DNA of 64,000 bases from Smithellaceae bacterium (GCA_963667845.2 CAXXVL010000001.1:800001-864000); one strand, 5' to 3'; counted from the stretch's first letter, positions 1 to 10,800 are shown. Numbers and translations: made by a program. Notes: generated by a model from the sequence alone, not told the origin.

Positions 1-329
1 TCGAAAAGCCACGACCACTGGCGGGCCGTAACATCAATCGCCAGCGCGTCTTTCGGCGGGTTGCGGATGTAGTCGAAATCCACCCAGCCGAAATAGAACA
101 TGAACAGGACCAGGATTGTGGGAATGACGGTCCAGGCGATCTCGAGGGCCACATTTTCCTTAACGCGCTCCGGCCTTGCGTGCCGGTCGCGGTTATACTT
201 GATGAGGAAGACGATCATCGTGACCGTCACCAGAGTCAGCAGGACGACGCAGCAGACCACGATGAAGAGGAAGGCGTCTTCCACTTTTCCCGCGGTATTG
301 GAAGGTCCCAGAAACATCGCAAACCTCAT
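1..329 (-). CDS. coxB: Cytochrome c oxidase subunit II, N-terminal part (runs off window edge)
   Basis: Not in ORF track. Manual translation from ATG 329 (alt 317): MRFAMFLGPSNTAGKVEDAFLFIVVCC...ENVALEIAWTVIPTILV...IDVTARQWSWLF. Two TM helices, with LEIAWT and QWSW subunit II motifs. ATGA overlap with coxD stop. Confidence 0.92.
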   Translation of the reverse strand, partial: MRFAMFLGPSNTAGKVEDAFLFIVVCCVVLLTLVTVTMIVFLIKYNRDRHARPERVKENVALEIAWTVIPTILVLFMFYFGWVDFDYIRNPPKDALAIDVTARQWSWLF

Positions 330-619
330 CTCAGCCAGATGTCGGCGTACAGAAGCCCTATGAGCACTGTCAGGGCGAAAAGCGCCGTCATCAGCATAAT
401 CTTTAAAAAACGGCCTTCATCTTTTAAATGCATGAAGAAGGCCAGAACCAATCCCGCTTTGACGGCCGCGATTGCCAGAGATCCCAGAACGCTGAATTGC
501 GCCAAGAGCTGCAGTTTGGCTACGGCGATGGTCGCTGCCAGCAGGCCCAGCAGAACAAGCCACACGGCGATATAGGTACGGGCTGGAGAAGCGGCGTTTT
601 CAGAATAGCGGTCGGTCAT
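326..619 (-). CDS. coxD: Cytochrome c oxidase subunit IV
   Basis: Small 3-TM protein with KAGLVLAFFMHLK motif; operon context. Confidence 0.9.
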   Translation of the reverse strand: MTDRYSENAASPARTYIAVWLVLLGLLAATIAVAKLQLLAQFSVLGSLAIAAVKAGLVLAFFMHLKDEGRFLKIMLMTALFALTVLIGLLYADIWLR

Positions 620-628
620 GGCATTCCC

Positions 629-1234
629 TCATGTAACCAGATAAAAAAGCGGATAAAGAAAGATCCAGACAATATCCACAAAATGCCAGTAAAGGCCGGT
701 GTTCGCAAGCCTTACCGCGCGCGTCTGATCGATCACCCCGCGCCTGGTAAAATAGATCATGAAGCAAATAACGATGCAGCCCACCAAAACGTGCAGCCCA
801 TGCAGACCGGTCATCATGTAGTAAAGGCCGAAGAACATCGTCTGCCCGGGCCCCAGGGCGAGGAGCGCCGGCGAATCCGGGTAGATGCCCTGGATGATCT
901 TTCCACTCCATTCGACATACTTGATGATCAAAAAGACCACTCCCATCAAAACCGTCGCGGCCTGAAGCGCGATCGACCGGGTCGTCTTTCCGGCGCGGAT
1001 GGCCCAAATCGCCAGCGCGATCGCGAGGCTGCTCGTGAGCAGGATCGCGGTGTTCACCGTTCCCAAAACCAGGTTTTCCTCCGCGGCTGCTGCGTGAAAG
1101 GCGGCGGCATACTTGAAACGGTAAGCGGCATACAAGAGGAACATGCCTCCAAAGAAGAGAATCTCGGTGAAGAGGAAGAACCACATCCCCATGGTCTTCC
1201 CTTCGAGATCAATATGTTCCGCCGCGTCGTTCAC
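629..1234 (-). CDS. coxC: Cytochrome c oxidase subunit III (short form)
   Basis: GMWFFLFTEILFFGG, TGLHGLHV and YWHFVDIVWIFLYPLFY motifs. Confidence 0.95.
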   Translation of the reverse strand: MNDAAEHIDLEGKTMGMWFFLFTEILFFGGMFLLYAAYRFKYAAAFHAAAAEENLVLGTVNTAILLTSSLAIALAIWAIRAGKTTRSIALQAATVLMGVVFLIIKYVEWSGKIIQGIYPDSPALLALGPGQTMFFGLYYMMTGLHGLHVLVGCIVICFMIYFTRRGVIDQTRAVRLANTGLYWHFVDIVWIFLYPLFYLVT

Positions 1235-1236
1235 AT

Positions 1237-2874
1237 TTACTCCCTCAAGGCTTCGTCTTCATAATCGTAGGGTCTTTTGCTCACCGTCGGCAGTGTGGCA
1301 AAGTTTTCGGCCGGAGGTGGCGAAGCAACGGTCCATTCCAGCGTTTTCCCTCCCCACGGATTGGCGGGTGCGCGCGCACCCTTTACGGCTGACCGGACAA
1401 GGTTGACGAAGATGATCGCAATGCCGATGGCGAGAAACCAGGAGCCCACGGTGGAGATGATGTGGTTCATTTGATACTGCGGCGGATAGTCGAAATACCG
1501 CCTGGGCATTCCCTGGAAGCCGAGGACGAACATGCTGAAATAGAGAATATTAAAGCCGACAAACAAATTCAGCCAGCCGATCTTGGCATATTTTTCAGAA
1601 TACATCCGGCCCGTGATCTTGGGAAACCAGTAGTGCAGCGCCGCCAGAATGGAAAAGCCCGCGCCGCCGAACATCACATAATGAAAATGGCCGACGATGA
1701 AGTAGGTGCCGTGGAGATGCAGGTTGGTCGCCAGTGCCCCGATGATGAGTCCGGTGAGCCCGCCGATGGAAAACAGAAAAATGAAAGACACGGCGAAGAG
1801 AAGCGGGGCGTCGAGGCGGATGGCGCCTTTATAAAGGGTGGAAACCCAGTTGAAAATTTTGATGCCGCTGGGAACCGCAACCAGAAAAGAAACAAAGGAG
1901 AAAATGACGCGGGCCGTGTCGCTCATCCCGCTGGTAAACATGTGGTGCCCCCACACGGCGTAACCGACAACCGCGATGCCGAGCGCCGAGAGGCAGACTG
2001 CGGTATAGCCGAACAGGGCCCGCCGCGAAAAGACCGGTATGATTTCGCTGATGATTCCCATAGCCGGGAGAACCATGATGTAGACGGCGGGGTGGGAGTA
2101 CATCCAGAAGAGGTGTTCATAGAGAATCGGATCGCCGCCTTTCGTCGGATCGAAAAATCCGACGCCGACGAACCGGCCCAGGACGATGAACAGCAGCGTG
2201 ATGGCGAGCACCGGTGTGGCGAGCATCTGAACCCAGCCGGTGGCATAGAGCGTCCAGGCAAAAGCCGGCATGCGGAACCACGTCATGCCCGGCGCGCGCA
2301 TACGGTGAATCGTTGTGACGAAGTTGAGCCCGGTGAGGATTGAGGAAAATCCCAGGACAAAGACGCCGAAGACGGCAATGGATACGTTGGCCGGCGTCTG
2401 AATGCTGTAAGGTGCATAAAAGGTCCAGCCCGTGTCGGCGGGCCTGCCGGGCAGAATGAGCGAGAGCACAATGATGATGGCTCCCGTCACATAGAGCCAC
2501 CACGAAAGGCGGTTGATTCTGGGGAAAGCCACGTCCTGCGCGCCGATGAGCAGCGGCAGAAAGATATTGCCGAAGGCGACGGGAATTCCGGGAATGATGA
2601 ACAGGAAGATCTGGATGACGCCGTGGAGTGTGAAGAATTCGTTGTAGGTCTGCTGGTTCATGAGCCAGCCGGGGTTGAGCAGGCTCAGGCGAATCGAGAA
2701 GCCCAGGATGACGCCGACGGAAAAGAAGGACAGCAGCGCCATGAGATACATGACGCCGATCCGCTTATGGTCGGTGGACATCATCCATTCCACAATGCGC
2801 CAGCGGTATTTTCCGGACCGCTGATAAAATCCGGCATCTGTATGCACGTCAGAGATCTCGGCCATATCAGGCAT
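1237..2874 (-). CDS. coxA: Heme-copper oxygen reductase subunit I, family A2
   Basis: TDHKRIG, HGVIQ, GWTFYAP, YSHPAVY (A2 YS motif), WGHHMF, HFHY, GMPRRY; D-channel Asp (QDVAFPRIN) and K-channel Lys (SGIKIFNW) present. Confidence 0.97.
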   Translation of the reverse strand: MPDMAEISDVHTDAGFYQRSGKYRWRIVEWMMSTDHKRIGVMYLMALLSFFSVGVILGFSIRLSLLNPGWLMNQQTYNEFFTLHGVIQIFLFIIPGIPVAFGNIFLPLLIGAQDVAFPRINRLSWWLYVTGAIIIVLSLILPGRPADTGWTFYAPYSIQTPANVSIAVFGVFVLGFSSILTGLNFVTTIHRMRAPGMTWFRMPAFAWTLYATGWVQMLATPVLAITLLFIVLGRFVGVGFFDPTKGGDPILYEHLFWMYSHPAVYIMVLPAMGIISEIIPVFSRRALFGYTAVCLSALGIAVVGYAVWGHHMFTSGMSDTARVIFSFVSFLVAVPSGIKIFNWVSTLYKGAIRLDAPLLFAVSFIFLFSIGGLTGLIIGALATNLHLHGTYFIVGHFHYVMFGGAGFSILAALHYWFPKITGRMYSEKYAKIGWLNLFVGFNILYFSMFVLGFQGMPRRYFDYPPQYQMNHIISTVGSWFLAIGIAIIFVNLVRSAVKGARAPANPWGGKTLEWTVASPPPAENFATLPTVSKRPYDYEDEALRE

Positions 2875-3691
2875 CCCTCCGATATTTTTTTGACGTCAGC
2901 TGGAGGTAGACAAAGAAGGCGGCCATTGCCAGAAGGGTGATGAGGCCGATGATGCCGATGAAATAGAAGAACTTGCTCTGACCGGGCGGTTCATGGGAAA
3001 AGCAATACAGAAGTGCACGTTTCAATTCCGTGACGGGCTTCCCCTGGGCGGCTTCGGCAAGGGCCACATTCAGGTCGAAAGACGAGAAGGTAACCGGATA
3101 GGCTGCGCCGTAATCATACTTCGTGACGGAAAAATACCGCGATATCTTTCCTTCGGGAGACAGGAAAATCAGCACGACGGGATGAGTAAATCCATGAACA
3201 TCCTGGCGATACCGGAATCCGACGGCATCCGTCAGCCGATCGATGTTTCGATGATCGCCCGTCAGGAAAGTCCATCCGTCGGATGGGACGCCGTCCTCTG
3301 ACGCTTTCAAATAATTTCGCTTAATGTTGGCGGCGATCTGCGGCGTATCCGTCGGATCGAAGCTGACGCTCACAACCCGGTAGTCCTTGCCGGCCGCAGA
3401 GGCCAGCCTGGGGAGAGCCGCGGCCAGGCCCGCAAGCAGCTGAGGACAGATGTGTTCACAGGTGAAATAGACGAGCGTCAGGATCACGGGCTTTCCCAGG
3501 AGATCGCGAAGTTCTATCTTTTGTCCCTTTTCGTCGATAAAGGTGATATCGGCGGGGAGCGTCTGTCCCGTCTTTTCGGTGATGCCGATTTCACCTTTGG
3601 CCAACGCTTCCGTATCCAGTGTTTCATGCGCATAGCCGCTGCCGGTACAGAGGAGCGACCAAAAAATCAGAACCCATAGAAGCTTCTTCAT
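2867..3691 (-). CDS. SCO/SenC family copper chaperone
   Basis: Signal peptide, CEHIC (CxxxC) motif, conserved His (FTHP), C-terminal TM; operon context. Confidence 0.92.
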   Translation of the reverse strand: MKKLLWVLIFWSLLCTGSGYAHETLDTEALAKGEIGITEKTGQTLPADITFIDEKGQKIELRDLLGKPVILTLVYFTCEHICPQLLAGLAAALPRLASAAGKDYRVVSVSFDPTDTPQIAANIKRNYLKASEDGVPSDGWTFLTGDHRNIDRLTDAVGFRYRQDVHGFTHPVVLIFLSPEGKISRYFSVTKYDYGAAYPVTFSSFDLNVALAEAAQGKPVTELKRALLYCFSHEPPGQSKFFYFIGIIGLITLLAMAAFFVYLQLTSKKYRRDA

Positions 3692-5631
3692 TCATTTCCT
3701 CCTTTTTCCCGCCGCTTTCCCAGACCTCCGAATTGCCACCAGCCGAAGAGATTGAGATAGGCGAGAGCAAAAACAAAGGCCGTAATAATAAGAAAAATGT
3801 CCGGGGCGATCCCGGGATCATTAATTCTTGCCCGATCGACTCCGTTGAGGCTGAGGATGTAGGCTTCCAGATCGGCAATCTGCTGCTGGGTCAGGGCATT
3901 AGTATCTCCGAACGGGAGCATGGAAAGCTGCGGACCGGGGCCGGCCGGACGCGATCCGTGCTGAATGTAGCGGTCGATATTGGTGACGAAGGTCTTCTGC
4001 TCCGGGCTGAATTCGTCGGCCGCGATCGGGTTCAGCGAAGGAACTGTACCGTCGGTTGACCCGGGATTGGCGATTTTGCCTTTTCCCTCGCTCCCGTGAC
4101 ATGATGTGCATGTCTTTTCGAAGACAATGGAGCCGTGATCGGCGCTGCCGATGATTGTCACGGCTACGCCGGGTGCGCCGTGAGGACCGACCGTGGTTGC
4201 GGCAGCGGGCGGGGCCGGAGATGCCGCGGCGACGGATGCTGCTGCTTTTTGAGCGAGCAGGAAATCAATTAACTGCGCGACGGCAGCGGGGCTCATTGCC
4301 GTTTGCGCCGGCATGATCGAGGATGGATTATGGGATTTCGGATTCATGAGCTGCTCGGTGATCCATTCCCGGGAATGGCCCTTGAGGCCTTCTCCCGAGA
4401 GATCCGGCCCGATGGACCCGCCGGTTTGGCCGATGCGATGGCAGGCCACGCAGCCCTGTGACTGGAAAAGATCATGGCCTGCTTTTTCGGAAGCGGAAAG
4501 GTCCGCGGGTTTAGCACCTGCGGACTTTGCAGCCAAAGGCGCGGGCGGTGCCTGCGGTTGTCCCGCTGGAGTTCCGAGCCCTTCCGTCTGGCTCAGTGCG
4601 CCGGCCAGTGTGAGGGTGATAAAGCCTGCGACGGCGATCACCCATCCGGCCATGGCTAAAGGCCGCCGGAAGGGCCGCCGCTCCGGATCGCGATCGAAGA
4701 AGGGGATGCTAAGCAGCAGCAATGTTCCGATAAGCGGAATGCCCGCGGTGGCGATGATTTCGAGATGTCCGGGAAAGAACTTCAGTGCCTCATAAAAAAA
4801 GAGAAAGTTCCACTCGGGCTTGGGAATATAAGACGCGTCCAGCGGGTCCGCCATCCCGGCATAAGGAGGTGGAAAGAGAACGGTAAGCGCCACCAGAATA
4901 AAGATGACAGCACTTGCCGCCAGGCCGTCCTTAAAGACCTGGTCGGGCCAGAAAGGTCCTGAGAGCGTCCGTTTCCGCTCATCCCAGGGGCCCGCATTGC
5001 CGACTTTCCTGAGCGCCACCAGGTGCACCGCGGCCAGGGCGAAAAGCGCGCCCGAGACGATGGCGGCATGCCCAATGAAAAAACGGGAAAGCGTCAGCTG
5101 GCCGATGACGCCGCCTGCCAGCATAAGTTGTTTGATCAGGTCGCCGACCAGCGGCATGCTGCCGGCGGCACTGGCGGCGACTTCAATGAGCCAGTAACTG
5201 CGCTTGTCCCAGGGCAGCGCGCCGCCGGTCAGGCTCATGACCATGGTCAGAAGAAACAGGAAGACGCCTGTTACCCATTGCAGTTCATGAGGCCGCTTGT
5301 AAGCTCCCCAGATAAACACCTGCGACATATGCAGCAGAACACAGACGACCATCGCATTGGCGCCCCAGTAGTGGAGCCCGTGGATGAGCCAGCCCAGCGG
5401 AACCTCCGTGCGCAGATAATTCAGACTGTTGTAACCCTGGGTAAGGGTCGGTACATAATAAAAGAGCTGCCAGATTCCCGTGACGACCTGCAGAAGAAAC
5501 AGGATCAGGGCCGCGCTGCCGAACACATAGGCAAAGCTTGCCCCGCCTGCCATATCTTCCTCGAGTGCCAGGCGGGCAAACGGCGTGAGCGGCCATCGTT
5601 CATTGATCCATTGAAAAAAACGGGAGAACAT
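3688..5631 (-). CDS. qcrB: Cytochrome b (b6 + subunit IV type) fused to two c-type cytochrome domains
   Basis: Heme b His pairs (LHYW...LHM; GH...VH), PEWN in place of PEWY, then CVACH and CTSCH, C-terminal TM anchor. Confidence 0.92.
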   Translation of the reverse strand: MFSRFFQWINERWPLTPFARLALEEDMAGGASFAYVFGSAALILFLLQVVTGIWQLFYYVPTLTQGYNSLNYLRTEVPLGWLIHGLHYWGANAMVVCVLLHMSQVFIWGAYKRPHELQWVTGVFLFLLTMVMSLTGGALPWDKRSYWLIEVAASAAGSMPLVGDLIKQLMLAGGVIGQLTLSRFFIGHAAIVSGALFALAAVHLVALRKVGNAGPWDERKRTLSGPFWPDQVFKDGLAASAVIFILVALTVLFPPPYAGMADPLDASYIPKPEWNFLFFYEALKFFPGHLEIIATAGIPLIGTLLLLSIPFFDRDPERRPFRRPLAMAGWVIAVAGFITLTLAGALSQTEGLGTPAGQPQAPPAPLAAKSAGAKPADLSASEKAGHDLFQSQGCVACHRIGQTGGSIGPDLSGEGLKGHSREWITEQLMNPKSHNPSSIMPAQTAMSPAAVAQLIDFLLAQKAAASVAAASPAPPAAATTVGPHGAPGVAVTIIGSADHGSIVFEKTCTSCHGSEGKGKIANPGSTDGTVPSLNPIAADEFSPEQKTFVTNIDRYIQHGSRPAGPGPQLSMLPFGDTNALTQQQIADLEAYILSLNGVDRARINDPGIAPDIFLIITAFVFALAYLNLFGWWQFGGLGKRREKGGNE

Positions 5632-5639
5632 CGGGCCTC

Positions 5640-6167
5640 CTAGACGGGTATTTTTTGGGCGATGCCGCTGCGGAATTGCTGCCAGTCGACCGAAAGACTC
5701 CCCTGTTCAATGCGCGTGGCGAGCGCGTCGAGCGGCCGCGGCGCCGGACCGCCCAGGACTTTTCCTTCGGGTGAATAGACGCTGCCGTGGCAGGGGCACT
5801 CAAAATGCCCGCTTGCGGCGTTCCAGTTAAACTGGCAGCCGAGATGCGGACAGGTCGGCGAAAAAGCCGTTACCGCCGAATCGCTGTGCTTGATGACCCA
5901 GAGGCGGCGGACGACGGATTCCTGCAGGTAAGCGTCCGTCTCCACGTCTGCGGCCGTAAGACCGACAGGCCGGCCTGCGGGCAGGTCCTTGAGATCAGCG
6001 ACCCTGATCCAGTGATTGGAACTGGTCTTTCTGGGACCGATGAAGGATCCGACAAGGGGGATTCCCACAATCGCACCGCATACGGCGGCCAGGATCCCGG
6101 TGGCCCAAATCATAAATTGCCGGCGCGAGCTTTCATTGGTTGTAACTGCCGATTTTGCGTCTTCCAT
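5640..6167 (-). CDS. qcrA: Rieske 2Fe-2S protein of a cytochrome bc complex
   Basis: Tat motif SRRQFM, CPHLGC and CPCHGSVY boxes, GGPAPRPL. Confidence 0.95.
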   Translation of the reverse strand: MEDAKSAVTTNESSRRQFMIWATGILAAVCGAIVGIPLVGSFIGPRKTSSNHWIRVADLKDLPAGRPVGLTAADVETDAYLQESVVRRLWVIKHSDSAVTAFSPTCPHLGCQFNWNAASGHFECPCHGSVYSPEGKVLGGPAPRPLDALATRIEQGSLSVDWQQFRSGIAQKIPV

Positions 6168-6303
6168 GAATCCCTCATAGAATTTCGGGGCGATGAGCCG
6201 GTCGATCGGATGTTCTTAGAAAATGCGCCCAGGCAGTCTCGATGCGGCATTTTTGTCAGGTCCGCACCTTTAGCTGCCCGCCGTTCAGGTTAACGCTGTC
6301 GGC

Positions 6304-6633
6304 CTACTTGAATGTTTTTAGAATATATTTTGCAATGGCCTCGGCATCAGGGTCGGGCATTTCCTGTTCAGCGAATTTCGTCATCCCGGTTCCGGGATTG
6401 CGCATTTGTTTGACGATGTCGCGCGGCGTCTTGATGCCGTTTGCGCGAAGCGCCTTTTCATTGATGGGTTTTTCTTTATTAATGATGTTCCCGCCGTCGG
6501 GATGACAGACCTGGCAGTTTTTTTTAAACAACTCTTCCCCCGATGCGGGTTTGTCCGCCGCCGGGACGTTGGAGGCCAGGCCGTAAAAAAGAACAAAGAA
6601 CGCAGCGGCTCCCGTTATAAATATCTTTTTCAT
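6304..6633 (-). CDS. Periplasmic monoheme class I cytochrome c (c6/c553-like)
   Basis: Likely start MKKIF at 6633, signal peptide, CQVCHPDGGN, distal Met in GMTKF. Confidence 0.88.
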   Translation of the reverse strand: MKKIFITGAAAFFVLFYGLASNVPAADKPASGEELFKKNCQVCHPDGGNIINKEKPINEKALRANGIKTPRDIVKQMRNPGTGMTKFAEQEMPDPDAEAIAKYILKTFK

Positions 6634-7023
6634 ATCCGTCTCCACTTGTGCAATTAAAGTTATTGTCAAAGCCCGGTGATGCGCTTCTTGCATCTATTTT
6701 TAGTGGTTCACTAAAATGAATTCAATACGGGTTTATTGTCAGTAGATTGGTAGTGTATATCTATCAACATTCTTTCGCTATGACGGCCCGGGTAATGCCG
6801 AAACGAACGGAACGTCGTCCATAAGCGACGCCAGCGAGTCTTTATTTGACTAGTTCATGCGCACTGCCTATATTTTCGTAAAGCAAAATAAGTCCTTGCC
6901 TATTCATTCACCGGTGCGCGCCGAAGTCGAAATTTTTCAGAAGTCCGGTGACGCGTTGTCAGATCACGAATGCAGCAGCGAAGAATTTTGCCGGAATGAC
7001 GCTGTTGGAAAAGGAGACTCGAA

Positions 7024-7689
7024 ATGCGGAAACATCCCTTTTGCATACTTCCTCTTTGCCTTATTCTATTTTGCTTGCTCAGGGCGGCGGATGCATTTCC
7101 GGCGAATCGCGAACCCGGGGAATTGACAAGCTATCAGGGCGCCGCGCTGGGTTCGGTAAATGATTTTTACGAAAATTCCATCGGCGGGGTTCGAAAAGTC
7201 GATCTGAAAACCTATCGGCTGAAAGTTGACGGGCTTGTCGGAAAACCGCAATCGTTTACGTACCAGGAACTCAAAAACATTCCGCACCGGAAGAAACTGA
7301 TCACCGTCCATTGCGTGGAAGGATGGAAAGTCACCGTGTTATGGGAGGGCATTCCGATCGGCGAACTCATCGGGCGAGCCCGCGTGGATTCAAAAGTGAA
7401 TACCGTTATATTTCACAGTGCGGACGGTTATACGACATCCCTGGATTTTAAAACCGTATCGGGCAAAGACATGCTGCTTGCCGATTCGGCCAACGGTATT
7501 CCCCTGCCGGCAAAGCTCGGGTTTCCGTTTATTCTGGTGGCCGAAGACAAATGGGGTTACAAATGGGCGCGCTGGATAGAACGAATCGAATTTTCCGATA
7601 AAGCCGGCTTCCGGGGCTACTGGGAGCAGCGCGGCTTTAATCAGAAAGGCGACGCATCCGGCCCGGAAATGGAAGGAGACACGAGGTAG
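7024..7689 (+). CDS. Sulfite oxidase family molybdopterin oxidoreductase (MsrP/YedY-like, catalytic domain only)
   Basis: HCVEGW Mo-ligating Cys motif, DGYTTSL, GFPF, GYKWARWI, GYWEQRG. Confidence 0.88.
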   Translation: MRKHPFCILPLCLILFCLLRAADAFPANREPGELTSYQGAALGSVNDFYENSIGGVRKVDLKTYRLKVDGLVGKPQSFTYQELKNIPHRKKLITVHCVEGWKVTVLWEGIPIGELIGRARVDSKVNTVIFHSADGYTTSLDFKTVSGKDMLLADSANGIPLPAKLGFPFILVAEDKWGYKWARWIERIEFSDKAGFRGYWEQRGFNQKGDASGPEMEGDTR

Positions 7690-7858
7690 ACTGTCCCAAC
7701 AGGCAGCTTGGGCCCGGATCGAAAAAGGGAGAGGTCGTCTTTTGGTCCGGGTTTCGGAAGTTGCTGCTTCGCATTGCCCGGACGACTTCAATTTTTTTAA
7801 GACGTCCCGCAGGTTCGCGGGCCCAAGACCAGTTGCCGGTGCCTGCAAATAAAGCGGG

Positions 7859-10800
7859 CTATTCCTCAAGGGCTTCTCTCACCTTAAGCGCCAGGTCTTG
7901 CAGTGAAAAAGGCTTGGATATGAATTTGACGCCTTCTTCCAGCACTCCCTGGCGCGCGATGACATCGTCCGTGTAGCCGGACATGTACAGACGTTTCAGA
8001 CCCGGCTTGATGGCCAAGATCTGTTCCGAGAGCTCCTTTCCGTTCATGTCCGGCATCACCACATCGGTGAGCAGTAAATGGATCTTTCCGCGATCTTCCC
8101 GGGCCAGATGCAGGGCATGATTCCGGTCCGGGGCCGCAAGCACATTATAGCCTAATGCTTCCAGCATGGCCTTCGTGAGTTTCAGCACCGTTTGTTCATC
8201 TTCCACGATCAATATGGTTTCCGTCCCTCTCGGGATTTCCGTCTCTTGTATATCATCGGCTGCCTGGGGGACATCGCTTTGATATCGGGGCAGATAAAGC
8301 CGAAACGTTGTCCCCTGTCCGGGCTCGCTGTAGACATTGATAAAGCCGTTATTCTGTTTGACGATGCCGTAGACGGTGGCCAGCCCCAGTCCTGTGCCGT
8401 GGCCTTCTTTCTTGGTCGTAAAAAAGGGTTCGAAGATATTGGCGAGCGCTTCCGGCTCGATCCCGCAGCCGCTGTCGCTTACGGTAAGTACGACAAAATC
8501 GCCCGGGACCCATTCCGGCCGGTCCGCGCAGTAGGCTTCATCGCAGGTCACGTTGGATGTTTCGATAAAGATTTTCCCCGTCCTGCCGATAGCGTCGCGG
8601 GCGTTTACCGTCAGGTTGGCAAGCAGTTGATCGATCTGCGACGGATCGATTCTGACCTTCCACAAATTGTGGCCCGGATGCCAGCCCAGCGTGATATTCT
8701 CGCCGATAAGCCTCTGGAGCATTTTTAGCATGCCCGTTACCATTTCATTCAAGTCCATGATCTTGGGGCTGACGGTTTGCTTCCGGGCAAAGGCGAGCAA
8801 CTGGCGCGTCAGGTCCGCGGAGCGCATTCCCGCATTCAGAATGTCGTGCAGAGACTGATAAAGAGGTTCGCGGCGATTGACTTCCTTCATGGCCATTTCG
8901 GCATTGCCGATGATGACGCCAAGCATATTGTTGAAATCGTGGGCCACGCCGCCCGCCAGCCGGCCGACCGATTCCATCTTCTGCGCCTGAATGAGCTGCG
9001 TTTCCAGCTGCTTTCTTTCCGTCAGATCGACCAGAGAGGCAACGCTTTCCTTCGTTTCGGGAAGCATGGCGACGTTTATAAAGATATCCCGGATTTCACC
9101 GAGCCGGTTGATATAACGGAATTCATAGGTAGCGGGGGCTGATCCGCCAACGGTCCGGCGCATTGTGTGGTAGGTCTTCATTATTTCCAGGTCATCCGGA
9201 TGAATGAAAGACGTCCAGCTCATCTTTCCTTCCAGTTCCTGCTTCGAATAGCCGCTAAGTTCCGCGAAGTTGTTATTCGCCATGAGAATGGTGGCGTCTT
9301 CACCGATAATGATATTCGCCGTAGCCGTACTTTCGAAAATGGTCCGGTATCTCTCTTCACTCTTTCTGATGGTTTCCTCTGCCAGTTTGCGATTGAACGC
9401 CATGCCGGACAAATAGGCGAACGTTTTTAAGGCGTCATCGGGCACGACCGGCTGATCACCGGGGAGATAGGCCGCGCATGCCCCGATGACCTCACCGGCA
9501 TAACTGACCGCAAGAGCAATGATCTCGCGGCAGCCGCCCGCCTCCATGACGATGTCCGATAGTTCGCGCGATACCGCCCCGAAGGAAAGTTCATACAGAT
9601 CTTTGGGTCTTCGCAGCCCCTCAGTGAGCATACTCGCCATATCAGCTTCACTGACCGGCATGCGCATTTCATACACCTCGGGTCCAAAGAAGACGCCCAA
9701 TTTTTCCTGGGCTGCCGGATCGGCCGACAGCGAAACGAGCTTCAGACATCGCGCGTCGCGCTGATAAATCGAAAAGGTGGCGGCAAGGGCGCCGGTGAGA
9801 AGGCGCAGCGATTCGGCCATTTTATTGAAGAAGGCTTCCGTGCCGGCGGCTTCGGCGAAAACAATGGAGATATCATTAAGTCGCTCATGATAAGACGCCA
9901 GCTCGCGATATTTTTGCTCGCTTTTCTGCAGGGACTCTTCCGCCATCTTCCTCTTGGTAATGTCCCGGGATACGCCGTGAAGGCCGGTCAGAACACCCTG
10001 TTCGTTGCGCAGGCCGCCGATGACGGTATCCATCCAGCGCGTTGTACCGTCCCTATGGCAGTATTCCAGGACCAGAGATGCTTTTCTGTCGGGATCGGCA
10101 TTTCCTTCTTTCTCGCGGGCCAGCTCCCCGGCCATGGCATTGAGCCCGAAGGAGAGCGATTCCGGCGTAAACTGCTCTTCGATCGGCATCTGCATGCGTT
10201 CCTCCTGCGTGTACCCGAGCACGGCCTGGATAGAGGGAGTGACGTAGACGGTTCGCAAATTCATATCGGCTATCCAGACGACGTCCGACATTTTTTCGGT
10301 CAGGAGTCTGTACTTTTTTTCGCTTTCGCGCAGGGCTTCTTCCGCCAGCTTGCGGTCGGAAATATCGATAAAACTTTCCAGATAACATTTTCTGCCCTTG
10401 ATGATGATGGGATGCACCGTTTTTAAAATATCTTTTTGCGATCCGTCCGCCTGGAGGAGTTTGCGTTCCGAGTGATCGATGGTTTGCCCCAGATCTTTGA
10501 TGGGACACTTCCCCAGCTCGGCCGGACAGACGAGAGAATGACAGATCTGCCCGATAATTTTATCTTCGGATAAGCCGGTCATTTCGACCGCTCTTTTGTT
10601 CACCTCCAAAATCGTCTGGCTTGAGCTGTCAATGATCATGATACCGGTATTGATTTTATTCAAGACGGCCTGCAGCTTGGCTTCGTTATCCAGCAATTCC
10701 TCTTCGGCCTGTTTGCGATCGGTGACGTCACGGGCATTGATCACTAAACCTGCAATCGCGGGATGATGCAGAAGGTTTTTGCAGATGCCTTCCATGATGA

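Noticed and set aside
6735..6770. TAGAT-N11-ATCTA inverted repeat upstream of the cytochrome c gene as a regulator site
   Set aside because: Only 5-bp arms in AT-rich DNA; cannot be told from chance without comparative data.
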